Shown here piece after piece: positions 8,593 to 18,599 of a stretch of DNA of 64,000 bases (positions within the stretch are counted from its first letter, which is position 1; every line of letters begins with the position of its first letter). The stretch is from Chloroflexota bacterium (lineage in GTDB: Bacteria; Chloroflexota; Limnocylindria; P2-11E). The position numbers and the translations under genes are program-made. The notes beneath the pieces are model-generated. The model was not told the DNA's origin and searched no databases. It worked only from the letters and a program-made list of their open reading frames with translations. Where the stretch lies: positions 6,522 through 70,521 of the forward strand of contig VBDQ01000024.1 in assembly GCA_005889075.1 (NCBI GenBank). The letters run 5' to 3'.

Positions 8593-10545
8593 GTGACCTC
8601 GGGGGCTGGGGGGCAGAGCCCCCCAACTCGGGTCATCGCGACTGCCGGCCATGTCGACCACGGAAAATCCACCCTCATCACCGCGCTGACGGGCATCGAT
8701 CCCGACCGCTTGCCCCAAGAGCGCGAGCGCGGGATGACGATCGACCTCGGGTTCGCGTGGCTGCGACTTCCCGACGGTACGGACGTCGGGATCGTCGATG
8801 TCCCGGGGCATCAGGACTTCATCCGCAACATGCTCGCCGGCGTCGGCGCGGTCGACGCAGTCTTGCTGGTCGTGGCGCTCGATGAGGGCGTCATGCCGCA
8901 AACGCGCGAGCATCTCGCGATCCTCGGCGTGCTGGGCGTCGAGCGGGGCGTCGTCGCACTCACCAAGCGCGACCTCGTCGACGATGAGTGGGCGGCGCTC
9001 GTGCGAGCCGACCTCAGCGCCGCGCTTCGGAAGACGCCGCTCGCGACCGCGCCCATGGTCGAAGTCTCCGCCAAGATGAAGCGGGGACTCGGCGATCTCG
9101 TCGCCGCTGTCGGCGGTGTACTCGCCGACGCGCCTGCCCGTCGGGACATCTCCCGACCACGCCTACCGATCGATCGCGTCTTCACGCTCGCCGGTTTCGG
9201 CACGATCGTGACCGGCACGCTCGTCGACGGGACCTTCACGGTCGGCGACGAAGCGGCGATCCTGCCGTCCGGCCGGCGCGCACGGATCCGCGGCATCCAG
9301 ACGCACCGGAAGGGCCGTGAATCAGCGCAGCCCGGTAGCCGGGTCGCGCTCAACCTCGCCGGCGTGGACAAGGACGAGCTTGAACGCGGCATGGTCGTCG
9401 TCCGTCCCGGGACGGTCGCGGCGACGTCGCTGATCGCCGCGAGGCTTTCGCTCCTTCCCTCGGCGTCCGATCCTCTCGTCCACGACGAGACGGTGAAGGT
9501 CCACGTGGGCACCGCGGAGGTGATGGCTCGCGCGTCTCTGCTCGAGACGAACGCGATCGCTCCAGGTGGATCGTCGTGGGCGCAATTGCGACTCGCGGCG
9601 CCCACGGCCGTGGCCGTGGGCGACCGGTTCGTGATCCGGCGGCCTTCACCAGCGGAGACCCTCGGCGGGGGCGAGATCGCGGACGCCTCTGGCGAACGGG
9701 TACGGCGGCGCGCCGACGCGCTCGCGTCGCTCGAGCGGCGCGCGGGGCCCAGCCCGACGTCGAGGCTGCTCGCGGTGCTCGACGTCCCGCGCGACGTCGC
9801 CGACGCGGCCGCGCGCAGCGGCCTTGCGGCCGCTGAGGCAGAGGCCGCGCTAGTCGAGCTCATCGCCGAAGGACTCGCGCTACGGCTCGGCGATGCCGTT
9901 CTGGCGCGGGACGCGTTCGCCTCGCTCGCCGTTCGCATCGAGCGTGCGCTCGCCGCGGCCCATCGACGCGCGCCGCTGCGTCCCGGGATGCCGCGCGAGG
10001 AGCTTCGCTCGTCGCTCGGACTCATGCCACGCCGTTTCTCCGCGCTCGTCGAAGCGCTCGCTCGGGAGGGACGGCTTGTCGAACGGGGCAGCGCCCTCGC
10101 GCTTCCGGGCCACGTCCCGAGCCTGACGCCGTCACAGGAGGCGGCCTGGTCGCGAGCTCGTGAGTCGCTCGCTCGCGATCCCCTGCTGCCACCTTCCCCG
10201 GCGAGCCTTCAGACGGACCACGGGATCGACGCTGAGGTCGTCGCCGCTCTCGCCGAACGCGGCGATCTCGTGCGCATCGGCACCGAGGCCGTCTTCCTGC
10301 CCGACGCGGTGGAGCGCTTCGCGCAGGTCGTCGTCGACGAGCTTGCGGCCCGCCGGACGATCACGGTGTCGAGAGCCCGCGACCTGACCGGCTCGAGCCG
10401 GAAGCACGTCCTTCCGTTGCTGCAGCTCCTCGACGATCAGGGCATCACGCGGAGGACAGGCGACGACCGCGTGCTCGTCATCACGCCGGAGCAGGCGGCT
10501 CGTCGCATCGCTACGCTCACGCGTCGGAAAGAGGTAGCTCGATGA
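8593..10545 (+). CDS. selB: selenocysteine-specific translation elongation factor
   Basis: [16 protein letters not shown]-domain start, DVPGH, and C-terminal winged-helix repeats. The start is ambiguous: GTG 8593 or ATG 8566, both in frame. Confidence 0.9.
   Translation: MTSGAGGQSPPTRVIATAGHVDHGKSTLITALTGIDPDRLPQERERGMTIDLGFAWLRLPDGTDVGIVDVPGHQDFIRNMLAGVGAVDAVLLVVALDEGVMPQTREHLAILGVLGVERGVVALTKRDLVDDEWAALVRADLSAALRKTPLATAPMVEVSAKMKRGLGDLVAAVGGVLADAPARRDISRPRLPIDRVFTLAGFGTIVTGTLVDGTFTVGDEAAILPSGRRARIRGIQTHRKGRESAQPGSRVALNLAGVDKDELERGMVVVRPGTVAATSLIAARLSLLPSASDPLVHDETVKVHVGTAEVMARASLLETNAIAPGGSSWAQLRLAAPTAVAVGDRFVIRRPSPAETLGGGEIADASGERVRRRADALASLERRAGPSPTSRLLAVLDVPRDVADAAARSGLAAAEAEAALVELIAEGLALRLGDAVLARDAFASLAVRIERALAAAHRRAPLRPGMPREELRSSLGLMPRRFSALVEALAREGRLVERGSALALPGHVPSLTPSQEAAWSRARESLARDPLLPPSPASLQTDHGIDAEVVAALAERGDLVRIGTEAVFLPDAVERFAQVVVDELAARRTITVSRARDLTGSSRKHVLPLLQLLDDQGITRRTGDDRVLVITPEQAARRIATLTRRKEVAR
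8601..8627 (+). repeat. G/C hairpin repeat element, copy B2
   Basis: GGGGGCTGGGGGGCAGAGCCCCCCAAC, near-identical to 22167..22193. Confidence 0.8.
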
Positions 10546-12002
10546 AGTTCCGCGCCGTCCGTGCCTCCGCGATCGGCAACGTCGATGCGATCGTGATCCC
10601 GGTCTTCGCCGAGGGACCGCTGCCGGCGTGGCTTCCGCGTGCGACGCGAAACGCGCTCGCGCGCATCCAGAAGACCGAGCACGGCACGACACGGCTTTAC
10701 GGCGTGACGACGTACCACGGCGAGCCGCGCGTCGTGCTCGTCGGCGCCGGCAAGGCCGCGGAGCTGGACGCGGAGCGGGCGCGGAACATCGCGAGCGCGG
10801 GGATCCGTGCCCTCTGGCGATCGTCTGTGCGCAAAGTCGCGCTTGCTGTCGCAGCCGCCGGCGCGGTCGGCGAAGAGCGCGCCGCCCAGGCCGCGGTCGA
10901 GGGCGCGATCTACGCGATGTGGCGACCCGAGGTCCATCGCACGCGCGACGAAGAAAAGCGTCTTCCGGCGATCGACTCGGTCTCGCTCGTCACGGAGAAG
11001 GCCGTCGGCGACGCGGTCGCGCGCGGCGAGGCGATCGGCGAAGCGACGAACGCCGCCCGCCGTCTCGCGAACGAGCCCGCGAACCGTATGACGCCGCGGC
11101 TCGTCGCCGAGGCCGCCAAGGAGCTCGCGAAGGACGCCGGCGTACGTATCGAGGTGCTCGACCGCGAGCGCTGCCAGGCCCTCGGGATGGGGAGCTATCT
11201 CTCCGTCGCGCAGGGAAGCCACGAGCCTCCCCAGTTCATCGTGATGCGGCACAAGGGCCGCGGTGGTAACGGGTACGACCTCGCCCTGGTGGGGAAGGGG
11301 ATCACCTTCGATTCCGGCGGGATCTCGATCAAACCAGCCGACAACATGCACCACATGAAGGCCGACATGACCGGCGCGGCCTCGGTCATCGCGGCGCTCG
11401 CGGCGATCGGCAAGCTGCATGTCAAAGCGAACGTCATCGCCGTCGCGCCGTGCACCGAGAACCTTCCCGGCGGCGGGGCGACAAAGCCCGGCGACGTGTT
11501 CACGGCCATGAGCGGCAAGACCGTCGAGGTCATCAACACCGACGCGGAGGGCCGTCTCGTCCTCGTCGACGGCATCACCTACGCCCAGCGCGAGGGCGCG
11601 AAGCGCGTGGTCGACGTGGCGACGTTGACGGGGGCGATCGCCGTGGCGCTGGGCAACCACTTCACCGGGCTGTTCGGCAAACCGGATGCGTTCGTCGAGA
11701 CCGTGCGCACGACCGCGACCGAAGCGGGTGACCGCCTCTGGGCCATGCCGCTCACCGACGAGTACCGCGACGAGATCAAGGGGGAGGTCGCCGACATCCG
11801 GAACTCCGCCGGACGCGAGGGTGGCGCGATAAAGGCCGCTGCGTTCCTGGACTCGGCCGTGGAGGACGGCACGGAGTGGGCGCACCTCGACATCGCCGGC
11901 ACGTTCTGGTTCGACCGTGATCGACCGCACGCGCCGAAAGGCCCGCAGGGCCCGGTCGTCCGCACGCTCGTCGCCCTCGCCGAGAGGTACGCGAAGACGT
12001 AG
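10542..12002 (+). CDS. pepA: leucyl aminopeptidase (M17)
   Basis: 486 aa with the NTDAEGRLVL motif and VGKGITFDSGG. ATGA overlap with selB. Confidence 0.9.
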   Translation: MKFRAVRASAIGNVDAIVIPVFAEGPLPAWLPRATRNALARIQKTEHGTTRLYGVTTYHGEPRVVLVGAGKAAELDAERARNIASAGIRALWRSSVRKVALAVAAAGAVGEERAAQAAVEGAIYAMWRPEVHRTRDEEKRLPAIDSVSLVTEKAVGDAVARGEAIGEATNAARRLANEPANRMTPRLVAEAAKELAKDAGVRIEVLDRERCQALGMGSYLSVAQGSHEPPQFIVMRHKGRGGNGYDLALVGKGITFDSGGISIKPADNMHHMKADMTGAASVIAALAAIGKLHVKANVIAVAPCTENLPGGGATKPGDVFTAMSGKTVEVINTDAEGRLVLVDGITYAQREGAKRVVDVATLTGAIAVALGNHFTGLFGKPDAFVETVRTTATEAGDRLWAMPLTDEYRDEIKGEVADIRNSAGREGGAIKAAAFLDSAVEDGTEWAHLDIAGTFWFDRDRPHAPKGPQGPVVRTLVALAERYAKT

Positions 12003-12041
12003 GCGTGGCGGTACTCACCGTCTGCTGACGGGTTTCTCCCA

Positions 12042-12061
12042 GATAGAACGTATGATCTATC
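12042..12061. promoter_or_regulatory. AT-rich imperfect palindrome: SOS-box-like site and/or -10 element of a leaderless promoter
   Basis: GATAGAAC-GTAT-GATCTATC, an 8-4-8 palindrome with 1 mismatch whose core is GAAC-N4-GATC. It contains TATGAT ending 7 nt before the ATG at 12063. No Shine-Dalgarno sequence is present. Confidence 0.4.
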
Positions 12062-12062
12062 G

Positions 12063-15053
12063 ATGACCGAGCAGCTCAGCTTCCGGCTTGGTGAGCCGCA
12101 GCCCAACATCCTCGCCGGCCTGACGCCCGAGCAGCGGCGCGCGGTCGATCACGGCGAAGGCCCGCTTCTCGTCGTAGCCGGCGCCGGAACGGGGAAGACC
12201 CACGTGCTCACCGCGCGGATCGTCCATCTCATCAGCTCGGGCATCGCCAAGCCTCACCAGATTCTGGCCGTGACCTTCACCGAGCGAGCCGCATCGCAGA
12301 TGCAGGAGCGGGTCGACATCAACACCCCGATCGGCCTGAACGATGCGGTCATCCGTACGTTTCACGGCTTCGGCGACGAGGTGTTCCGCGAGTTCGCTCT
12401 CGAGCTCGGACGTTCCGGCGAGCTTCGGGTCCTGTCGCCCGCTGAGCAGGTCATTCTCGTGCGGGAGCACCTCTACGGCTGCCCGACCTGCAACATCGCG
12501 CTCCCGCTCAAGCGATACCGGCCGGCGGGAGATCCGCTCGCGCACGTTCGGGCACTCCTCGAGCTCTTCGGCCGCGCGCGCGACGAGGACGTATCGCCGG
12601 AGGCGTACGTCGCGCATGCGCGCGCGATGCGCGAGGCCACAGGAGATTCGCTGGACGCCGATGTGAAGACGGACGAGGCCGCGATGCACGAGGAGCTCGC
12701 CGCGACGTTCGAGGCCTACACCCGCGTGAAGGAGCAGCACGGCGTCGTCGACTTCGGCGATCAGATCGCGCTCACGCTCAAGCTGCTGCGCGACCATCCC
12801 GCGGCGGCGTCGCGATTGCGGTCACGCTTCCGCTTCATCCTGGTCGACGAATTCCAGGACACGAACGATGCTCAGTTCGAGCTGCTGCGGCTCCTCGCCG
12901 AGCCGCATCGCAATCTCACCGTCGTCGGCGACGACGATCAATCGATCTTCGCCTGGCGTGGCGGGACGCTAAGGAACTTCGACCGTTTTCGCGAGGCATA
13001 TCCGGACCAGCGCACCGTGGCGCTCGTCGAGAACCGCCGCTCGCCACAGGACCTCCTCGATGCCGCCTATCGGCTCATCGCTCGGAACCCGGATCGCCTC
13101 GAGGCGACGCTCGCGATCGACAAGCACCTGCGGGGACGGCCCGCGGGCGACGTCGCGGCCATCGACCACATCCAGCGGGTGAGCGGGATCGAGGAAGCCG
13201 AGGCGGTCGCCGAGCTCATCGCGAGCGAAGCGATCCGCCGGCAGCGCCGCTACGGCGAGTTCGCGATCCTCGTCCGCAACAACGTCGACGCGACGCCCTT
13301 CCTCCGTGCCCTTGCGCAAAGACAGATCCCGACCCATTTCTCCGGCGGCGGTCAGCTCTACGAACGTCAGGAGATCCGGCTCCTCATCTCGTTCCTCTCG
13401 GCAGTGGCTCTCCCGTCCGACTCGCTGCACGTCTACAACCTCGCGGTCAGCTCGCTTTACGGCTTTCCCGCGGACGAGCTCGCCCGTGCGATGGAAGGAA
13501 GCGGGCGCCGCCAGAAGCCCCTGCGCGACGTGTTCGAGGAGATCTCCGCGGGCAAGACGGCCGCGAGCGACGAGGCCGTCGCGGCGGCGACGCGGCTCTG
13601 CCAGGACCTCGCGCACTACGCGGGCCGCGCGGCGGAGCTGACGACGGCCGCGCTCCTCTATGAGTTCCTCGAGCGCTCGAAGCTTCTCGAGCGCTATCTC
13701 GACCCGGATTCGGCGCTCGTCGAAGAGCAGGCCCGAAACGTCGCGAAGTTCCTGCGACTCGTCCAGAGCGCGGGGCGCGCGCTCGCCACGGACCGCGCGT
13801 CGTTCTTCGTCCCACACCTCGAGCTGCTGCGGGAGGCGGGGGACGACCCTGTCGCCGCTGACTTCGAGACCTCGCGCGACCAGGTGAATGTCCTCAGCAT
13901 CCACAAGGCGAAGGGCCTTGAGTTCCCGGTCGTGTTCCTGGTGCATGCGACCGACGAGCGCATTCCCGGGCAGGCTCGCCTCGACGCGTTCCGTCTTCCC
14001 GACGCGCTCGCACGCGTTCCGGTGCCCGATCGCGACCGGCACATCGCGGAGGAGCGTCGTCTCGCGTACGTGGCGATCACCCGCGCGCAGAACACCTTCT
14101 ACTTCGCGAACGCGATCGACTACGGATTCCAGCGGCCGTCGCGCCCCAGCCGCTTCATTGGCGAGGCGCTCGGCAGAGAGCCGTCGCGGATGAGCGGCCC
14201 TCTGCGGGTCTTCGAGGAGCTCCAGCGCTTCCAGCGCCCGCCTGCGGATGCCGATGCGCCGCTGCCCGCACTCGGCGCCGACGACGTGCTCACGATCTCC
14301 TACGACGCGATCGACGACTACCAGCGCTGCGCGCTCCTCTACCGGTTCAAACACGTTCTGCAGATCCCGGTCTTGCCGACGCCGCAGATGACCTACGGCC
14401 TCGCGCTCCACGAGGCGGTCCGCGACTACCTGCGCCGGAAGCGCGACGGCGAGAAGCCGACGCTCGCGGATCTTCAGGCCGTGTTCCGCGCCGCGTGGCT
14501 CGCCGAAGGCTTTATCAATCCGGCGCACGAGAGCGAGCGCTTCCAGGCGGGGCTCGACGCGCTGCGCCGCTTCCACGAGCAGGAGCGCGCGCTTCCGCCG
14601 CCGGAGCTCGTCGAGCAGCGCTTCAGCTTCATGCTCGGCAGCGATCGCGTCGTCGGTCGATGGGACCGCGTCGATCGCGCTGACGACGGCGCCGTCGTCG
14701 TCGATTACAAAGCCGGCGCGGACGAAGAGGGGAGCGGTCGAGCACAGCGTGCCGCGAACGAAAGCCTGCAGCTTCGGCTTTACGCGCTCGCACACGAGCG
14801 CGTCTACGGCGAGAGGCCGGTGCGCACGGTGCTGCACTTCCTCGAGAGCGGCGAGCGCGGATCTGTGGCCCCGAGCGAAGACAGCATCGGTGCGGTGCGC
14901 GCGCTCGTCAGCGCGACGGCTGGGCGGATCCGCTCGCGCGACTTCTTGCCGAACCCGAAGAGCCTGCGCACCTGCCAGCAATGTCCCTATCACCAGATCT
15001 GCCCGAGCTCGCTCACGGCGCGCTCCGCCACCGCCACAGCCGTCGCGGGCTAG
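12063..15053 (+). CDS. UvrD/PcrA-type ATP-dependent helicase fused to a C-terminal PD-(D/E)XK (Cas4/AddB-like, Cys-cluster) nuclease
   Basis: 996 aa. Motif [15 protein letters not shown] and the other UvrD motifs are present. The C-terminus has C-x..[22 protein letters not shown], typical of the Fe-S RecB-family nuclease domain. Confidence 0.85.
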   Translation: MTEQLSFRLGEPQPNILAGLTPEQRRAVDHGEGPLLVVAGAGTGKTHVLTARIVHLISSGIAKPHQILAVTFTERAASQMQERVDINTPIGLNDAVIRTFHGFGDEVFREFALELGRSGELRVLSPAEQVILVREHLYGCPTCNIALPLKRYRPAGDPLAHVRALLELFGRARDEDVSPEAYVAHARAMREATGDSLDADVKTDEAAMHEELAATFEAYTRVKEQHGVVDFGDQIALTLKLLRDHPAAASRLRSRFRFILVDEFQDTNDAQFELLRLLAEPHRNLTVVGDDDQSIFAWRGGTLRNFDRFREAYPDQRTVALVENRRSPQDLLDAAYRLIARNPDRLEATLAIDKHLRGRPAGDVAAIDHIQRVSGIEEAEAVAELIASEAIRRQRRYGEFAILVRNNVDATPFLRALAQRQIPTHFSGGGQLYERQEIRLLISFLSAVALPSDSLHVYNLAVSSLYGFPADELARAMEGSGRRQKPLRDVFEEISAGKTAASDEAVAAATRLCQDLAHYAGRAAELTTAALLYEFLERSKLLERYLDPDSALVEEQARNVAKFLRLVQSAGRALATDRASFFVPHLELLREAGDDPVAADFETSRDQVNVLSIHKAKGLEFPVVFLVHATDERIPGQARLDAFRLPDALARVPVPDRDRHIAEERRLAYVAITRAQNTFYFANAIDYGFQRPSRPSRFIGEALGREPSRMSGPLRVFEELQRFQRPPADADAPLPALGADDVLTISYDAIDDYQRCALLYRFKHVLQIPVLPTPQMTYGLALHEAVRDYLRRKRDGEKPTLADLQAVFRAAWLAEGFINPAHESERFQAGLDALRRFHEQERALPPPELVEQRFSFMLGSDRVVGRWDRVDRADDGAVVVDYKAGADEEGSGRAQRAANESLQLRLYALAHERVYGERPVRTVLHFLESGERGSVAPSEDSIGAVRALVSATAGRIRSRDFLPNPKSLRTCQQCPYHQICPSSLTARSATATAVAG

Positions 15054-15083
15054 CCGCGTCCTTGCGCACGGACGGAGCGCTGC

Positions 15084-15123
15084 TTCCGAAAAAGAAAAGC
15101 AGGGAGCGCGCCGCTCCCTGCTT
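15084..15123 (-). terminator. intrinsic terminator between convergent genes
   Basis: 12-bp stem AAGCAGGGAGCG-CGC-CGCTCCCTGCTT (15097..15123). On the minus strand it is followed by TTTCTTTTTCGG. The + strand side has only a weak CTTCTG tract. Confidence 0.7.
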
Positions 15124-15144
15124 CTGCCAGTCAGGTCAGTGGGG

Positions 15145-15675
15145 TTACGCGGTCGCTGGTGCGCGTCGCTGGGTGCGGATCAGCTGCGCGAGTCGGATCG
15201 CGCCGCCGAATGCGATGGCCAGCGCGACGAAGGGGATGGCTTGCCCGAGCGGGTCACTCGCCGGGGCCGGCGCGCCGCTCTGCGACTCGGACGTCGCGAC
15301 CGGGCCGAGGACGGTGATCGGGCCGAGGTCGTACGGGGCGAAGAACGAGCCCTGGGTGATCTGCCAGCTGTAGGTGCCCGCGGCCGGGAAGTAGACCTTG
15401 GCGGTGTAGTGGCCGGCGGGGCCGTCCGGCGTCCCGGGATAAGACAGGACCTTTCCCGTCCCGTTGCGGATCACGATCTCGGTGGTGTCCGCCTTGTACG
15501 GCTCGATGCCGTCCATGAGGATCGTCCAGCCGACGGTGATGTTCTGCCCAGCGTGAAGCCCGCCGGGTGGCAGCTGATCGAGCTTGCTCACCGCGCCTTC
15601 CTTCGCGAGGGCCGTTCCGGCAAGTGCGGCGAGCGCGAGAAGGCTGCCAACTGCGATGACCGAGAGGCGCCGCAT
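15145..15675 (-). CDS. hypothetical secreted protein with C-terminal membrane anchor
   Basis: ATG at 15675 preceded by GGAGG. Signal peptide MRRLSVIAVGSLLALAALAGTALA and a C-terminal TM plus basic tail. No recognised family. Confidence 0.55.
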   Translation of the reverse strand: MRRLSVIAVGSLLALAALAGTALAKEGAVSKLDQLPPGGLHAGQNITVGWTILMDGIEPYKADTTEIVIRNGTGKVLSYPGTPDGPAGHYTAKVYFPAAGTYSWQITQGSFFAPYDLGPITVLGPVATSESQSGAPAPASDPLGQAIPFVALAIAFGGAIRLAQLIRTQRRAPATA

Positions 15676-15772
15676 GCGTTCCTCCAATGGGTGGCTGCAT
15701 GGCCCTTGCGCCACTTGCCTTCCCTACAACAGCGCCGCGATTTGGTTCCGGCGGCACCGACCCTTCAGCCAG

Positions 15773-17008
15773 TCAGGCGGCCGCCGGTTCGGGCGGGAGC
15801 GCCGGCCGTGGCGGCGTCCGGACAAGGGCAAGAAGGAGCACGAGTGCGATCGCGATGTTGATCGCGAGCATCGTGAAGATGCCCTGATAGCCGAAGCGCG
15901 GCAGGAAGATCTCTGCCGCGACGAAGACCGACAGCGGGATCGCGACCGATTCGGACGAGGCCTTGAGGCCGGCGAAGACCCCTGCCTCGTCGGGCGGGAT
16001 CAGCTCGGTCAGGAGGGGCCAGGAGACCGCGCTTGCCGCGCCGTTGCCGATGCCGGCCACGACGATGACCGCGATGGTCGGGCCGAGCTCGTGGACGAGC
16101 GTTCCACCGACCGCGCCGAGGATGAGGATCGTCCAGCCGATGGCGAGGACCGTCCTCGTTCCAACGCGTTCGGCGAGCTTTCCCGAGACCACCGCGGAGG
16201 CTGCGGTCACGAGGAGCGTCAGCCCCGCGAGCGCGAAGGCGATGTCCTGGGTCTGGTGGATGTCTTCGATGATGAAGAGCGTGAGGTAAGGCAGCACGGC
16301 GTTGATGCCGAACTGGTAGACGAAGTTCGTCGCGAGGTAGCGCATGGCGCCGTGCTGACCCAGTACCGCCCCGACGTATCGGCGTAGGGAGTAGTGCTCC
16401 TTGCGCGCCACGAGCTCGTGGCGCTCGTTGATCCCAATTATGGTTGCAGCAAACGAGATGACCATGACGGTGCCAACGAGCGCATAGATCGCGAGTGGGA
16501 CCTCGCCCGCGGCCCGCGCCGCGAGAAAGACGATGAGCAGGAAGACCACCTGCGAGAAGTACTGGATCGCGGACGAGATGCCTGAGAGGAGGCCGCGCTC
16601 TAGGACCGGGGTTATGTCGGCGAGGAGGGCGGCATAGGGGTCGATGGCGGCGTTGAAAAAGATCGAGAAGAGGAAGATCGCCACCGCCAGCCCGATGAGC
16701 GTGTGGGTGAAGAAACCGGCGATCACGAAGAAGAATGCCGAGAGCGCGATCCCAATCGCGATGAACGGACGTCGGCGGCCGAGAGGTGTCCAGATACGGT
16801 CCGAGATCGCCCCGACGGTCGGCTGGATGACGACGCCTTCGATGCTCCGCGTGCTCGAGAGAAGACCGGTGAGGAGGTCGGGTGCGCCGAAGCTGTTGAG
16901 GATCGGCGGCAGGACGAAGTTGTTGAACGCGTAGAAGGCGCCGGCACCGATGGAGCCGGCGGAATAGAGCGCCGTCGTGCGTTTGTCGAGTCGGGGCCGG
17001 GTACCCAT
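15773..17008 (-). CDS. MFS transporter (GPH/SLC45-like)
   Basis: In-frame ATG at 17008 gives 412 aa with about 12 TM segments and an SDR..TPLGRRRPF motif. The remaining upstream part of the 589-aa ORF looks non-coding. Confidence 0.8.
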   Translation of the reverse strand: MGTRPRLDKRTTALYSAGSIGAGAFYAFNNFVLPPILNSFGAPDLLTGLLSSTRSIEGVVIQPTVGAISDRIWTPLGRRRPFIAIGIALSAFFFVIAGFFTHTLIGLAVAIFLFSIFFNAAIDPYAALLADITPVLERGLLSGISSAIQYFSQVVFLLIVFLAARAAGEVPLAIYALVGTVMVISFAATIIGINERHELVARKEHYSLRRYVGAVLGQHGAMRYLATNFVYQFGINAVLPYLTLFIIEDIHQTQDIAFALAGLTLLVTAASAVVSGKLAERVGTRTVLAIGWTILILGAVGGTLVHELGPTIAVIVVAGIGNGAASAVSWPLLTELIPPDEAGVFAGLKASSESVAIPLSVFVAAEIFLPRFGYQGIFTMLAINIAIALVLLLALVRTPPRPALPPEPAAA

Positions 17009-17078
17009 GGCGGCAGGTTGTACCGCACCATCGGACGGGGGAACGTCGGCCGGCCCACAGCGGCGCCAGAGAATCTTT

Positions 17079-17101
17079 CGTCGAACACTTGTGCTATCGA
17101 C
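17079..17101. promoter_or_regulatory. inverted repeat / degenerate SOS-box-like site upstream of rmuC
   Basis: CGTCGA-ACACTTGTGCTA-TCGACG containing GAAC-ACTT-GTGC. It shares GAAC-NNNT-GNNCTATCGA with the site at 12042. Confidence 0.3.
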
Positions 17102-17125
17102 GGTTCGTCGCGACAATCGGCCGCG

Positions 17126-18214
17126 ATGGAGCCCATCGTCCTCGTCGCCGTCGCGGCGCTCGCGGTGGCTGCCGTGGCCGTCGCGATCGCGTTGCGGCGC
17201 CCGATCCCCGAGAGCGGCGCGATGGTAGCGGCGAGCGTTTCGGCGCAGGTTCAGGCGGCGCAGCAGGGGATTCAGGGAAACGTCCAGCTGCTCGCGACGA
17301 CCATCGAGGATCTGCGCTCCGAGGTCCATCGCTCGCTCGGAGCGGCGGAACAGAATCTCGCGACCCAAGCGACCTCGACGCAGCGGACGCTGACGGAGCT
17401 GTCGCGGCAGCTTGGGACGCTCGGCGAGCAGAGTCAGCGGATCGGCGATCTCGCCAAAGACATCGGCTCGCTGCAGGATCTGCTCCGCGCCCCCAAGGCG
17501 CGCGGCGGCTTCGGCGAGCTCCTTCTCGAGCGCCTCTTGCACGATGTCCTACCTGATTCGGCCTACGAGATCCAGTACACGTACCGCGACGGCTCGCGGG
17601 TCGACGCGATCGTGCGCTACGCCGGGAGGATCGTCCCGATCGACGCGAAATTCCCGAACGAGTCGTGGACCGCGCTCGTCGGCGCCGGGGACGATGCCGC
17701 GCGGCGCGCGAAGCGGCGAGCGTTCCTCGCGCAGGTCCGTCGTCACATCGATGCGGTCGCCAAGTACGTCTCGCCGGCCGACGGCACCATCGACTTCGCA
17801 TTGATGTACGTGCCGTCAGAGGCCGTCTTCTACGACATCGTGTTGCGCGAGGATGAGGGAGAGCCGGATCTCGCGGCGTATTGCGCCGGGCGTCATGTGA
17901 TACCGGCGTCGCCGAACACCCTGCTCGCGTACCTGCAGGTCATCGCGCTCGGTGTGCGCGGTCTGGCGATGCAGGAGCGCACGCGCGAGCTGCAGCAGGG
18001 GATCGCCGCTGTACGCCGCGAGTTCGAGCGTTTCGTCGAGCTGCACGATCAGCTCGGCCGGCATCTTGACAACGCGACGAAGAAGTTCGATGAGACGGAC
18101 CGCGCACTCTCGCGCGCGTCCGGCGCGATCGAGACGTTGGCCCAGGCCCCGATCGCCGCCGGTGGAGAGCAGGTGGCGCTCCCGCTGCGGGTCGAACGAG
18201 AGCCGGAGCGCTGA
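17126..18214 (+). CDS. rmuC: DNA recombination protein RmuC
   Basis: In-frame ATG at 17126. N-terminal TM, long coiled coil, and C-terminal region (VPIDAKFP..., MYVPSEAVFY, IPASPNTLLAYLQ) typical of RmuC. Confidence 0.85.
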   Translation: MEPIVLVAVAALAVAAVAVAIALRRPIPESGAMVAASVSAQVQAAQQGIQGNVQLLATTIEDLRSEVHRSLGAAEQNLATQATSTQRTLTELSRQLGTLGEQSQRIGDLAKDIGSLQDLLRAPKARGGFGELLLERLLHDVLPDSAYEIQYTYRDGSRVDAIVRYAGRIVPIDAKFPNESWTALVGAGDDAARRAKRRAFLAQVRRHIDAVAKYVSPADGTIDFALMYVPSEAVFYDIVLREDEGEPDLAAYCAGRHVIPASPNTLLAYLQVIALGVRGLAMQERTRELQQGIAAVRREFERFVELHDQLGRHLDNATKKFDETDRALSRASGAIETLAQAPIAAGGEQVALPLRVEREPER

Positions 18215-18261
18215 CCAAGCCGCTGCTCGCCTTCGGTTGCGGGGCCGGCGTCGCCGACATC

Positions 18262-18588
18262 GTGCTCGTCGCCGGCACGCGCGATCCGAGCGATCTCGTC
18301 GCAGTGATCGCGGTCATCGCCGGCGCGTCGCTCGCGATCGGCGCAACAGCGGCGCTGGTCGGGCTGTGGCTTGAGGAGCGATGGGCGCCGCTCGGCCGAC
18401 GGCGTGTGCTCCGTGCGCAGTGGATCCGGGCTTTGCGTCGCGGTCTGGAGGTCGGCGCACTCGTCGCAGCGCTCGCCTCGCTTCGCGCGACCGACGGTCT
18501 CACTCCCGTCACCGCGGGATTCGTCGTCGGCGGATTCGCCCTCGGGGAGATTGTCCTCGCGGCGCGGCCGCTGCGCTCTTCGGGTTAG
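18262..18588 (+). CDS. hypothetical membrane protein
   Basis: 108-aa ORF with 2-3 hydrophobic helices. The hydrophobic sequence continues upstream to an in-frame CTG at 18211 that overlaps the rmuC TGA. Confidence 0.4.
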   Translation: MLVAGTRDPSDLVAVIAVIAGASLAIGATAALVGLWLEERWAPLGRRRVLRAQWIRALRRGLEVGALVAALASLRATDGLTPVTAGFVVGGFALGEIVLAARPLRSSG

Positions 18589-18599
18589 CCTCGCCGGAC

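Noticed and set aside
8811-10025. Long antisense or alternate-frame ORFs, for example 8811-10025(-), 12969-14993(-), 23100-24776(-), 34711-36291(-), 43937-45583(-), 45902-47035(-) and 59477-60871(-).
   Set aside because: They lie opposite or out of frame to genes with strong family signatures. Their products are Arg/Ala/Pro-rich and low-complexity with no motifs. These are typical shadow ORFs of high-GC DNA.
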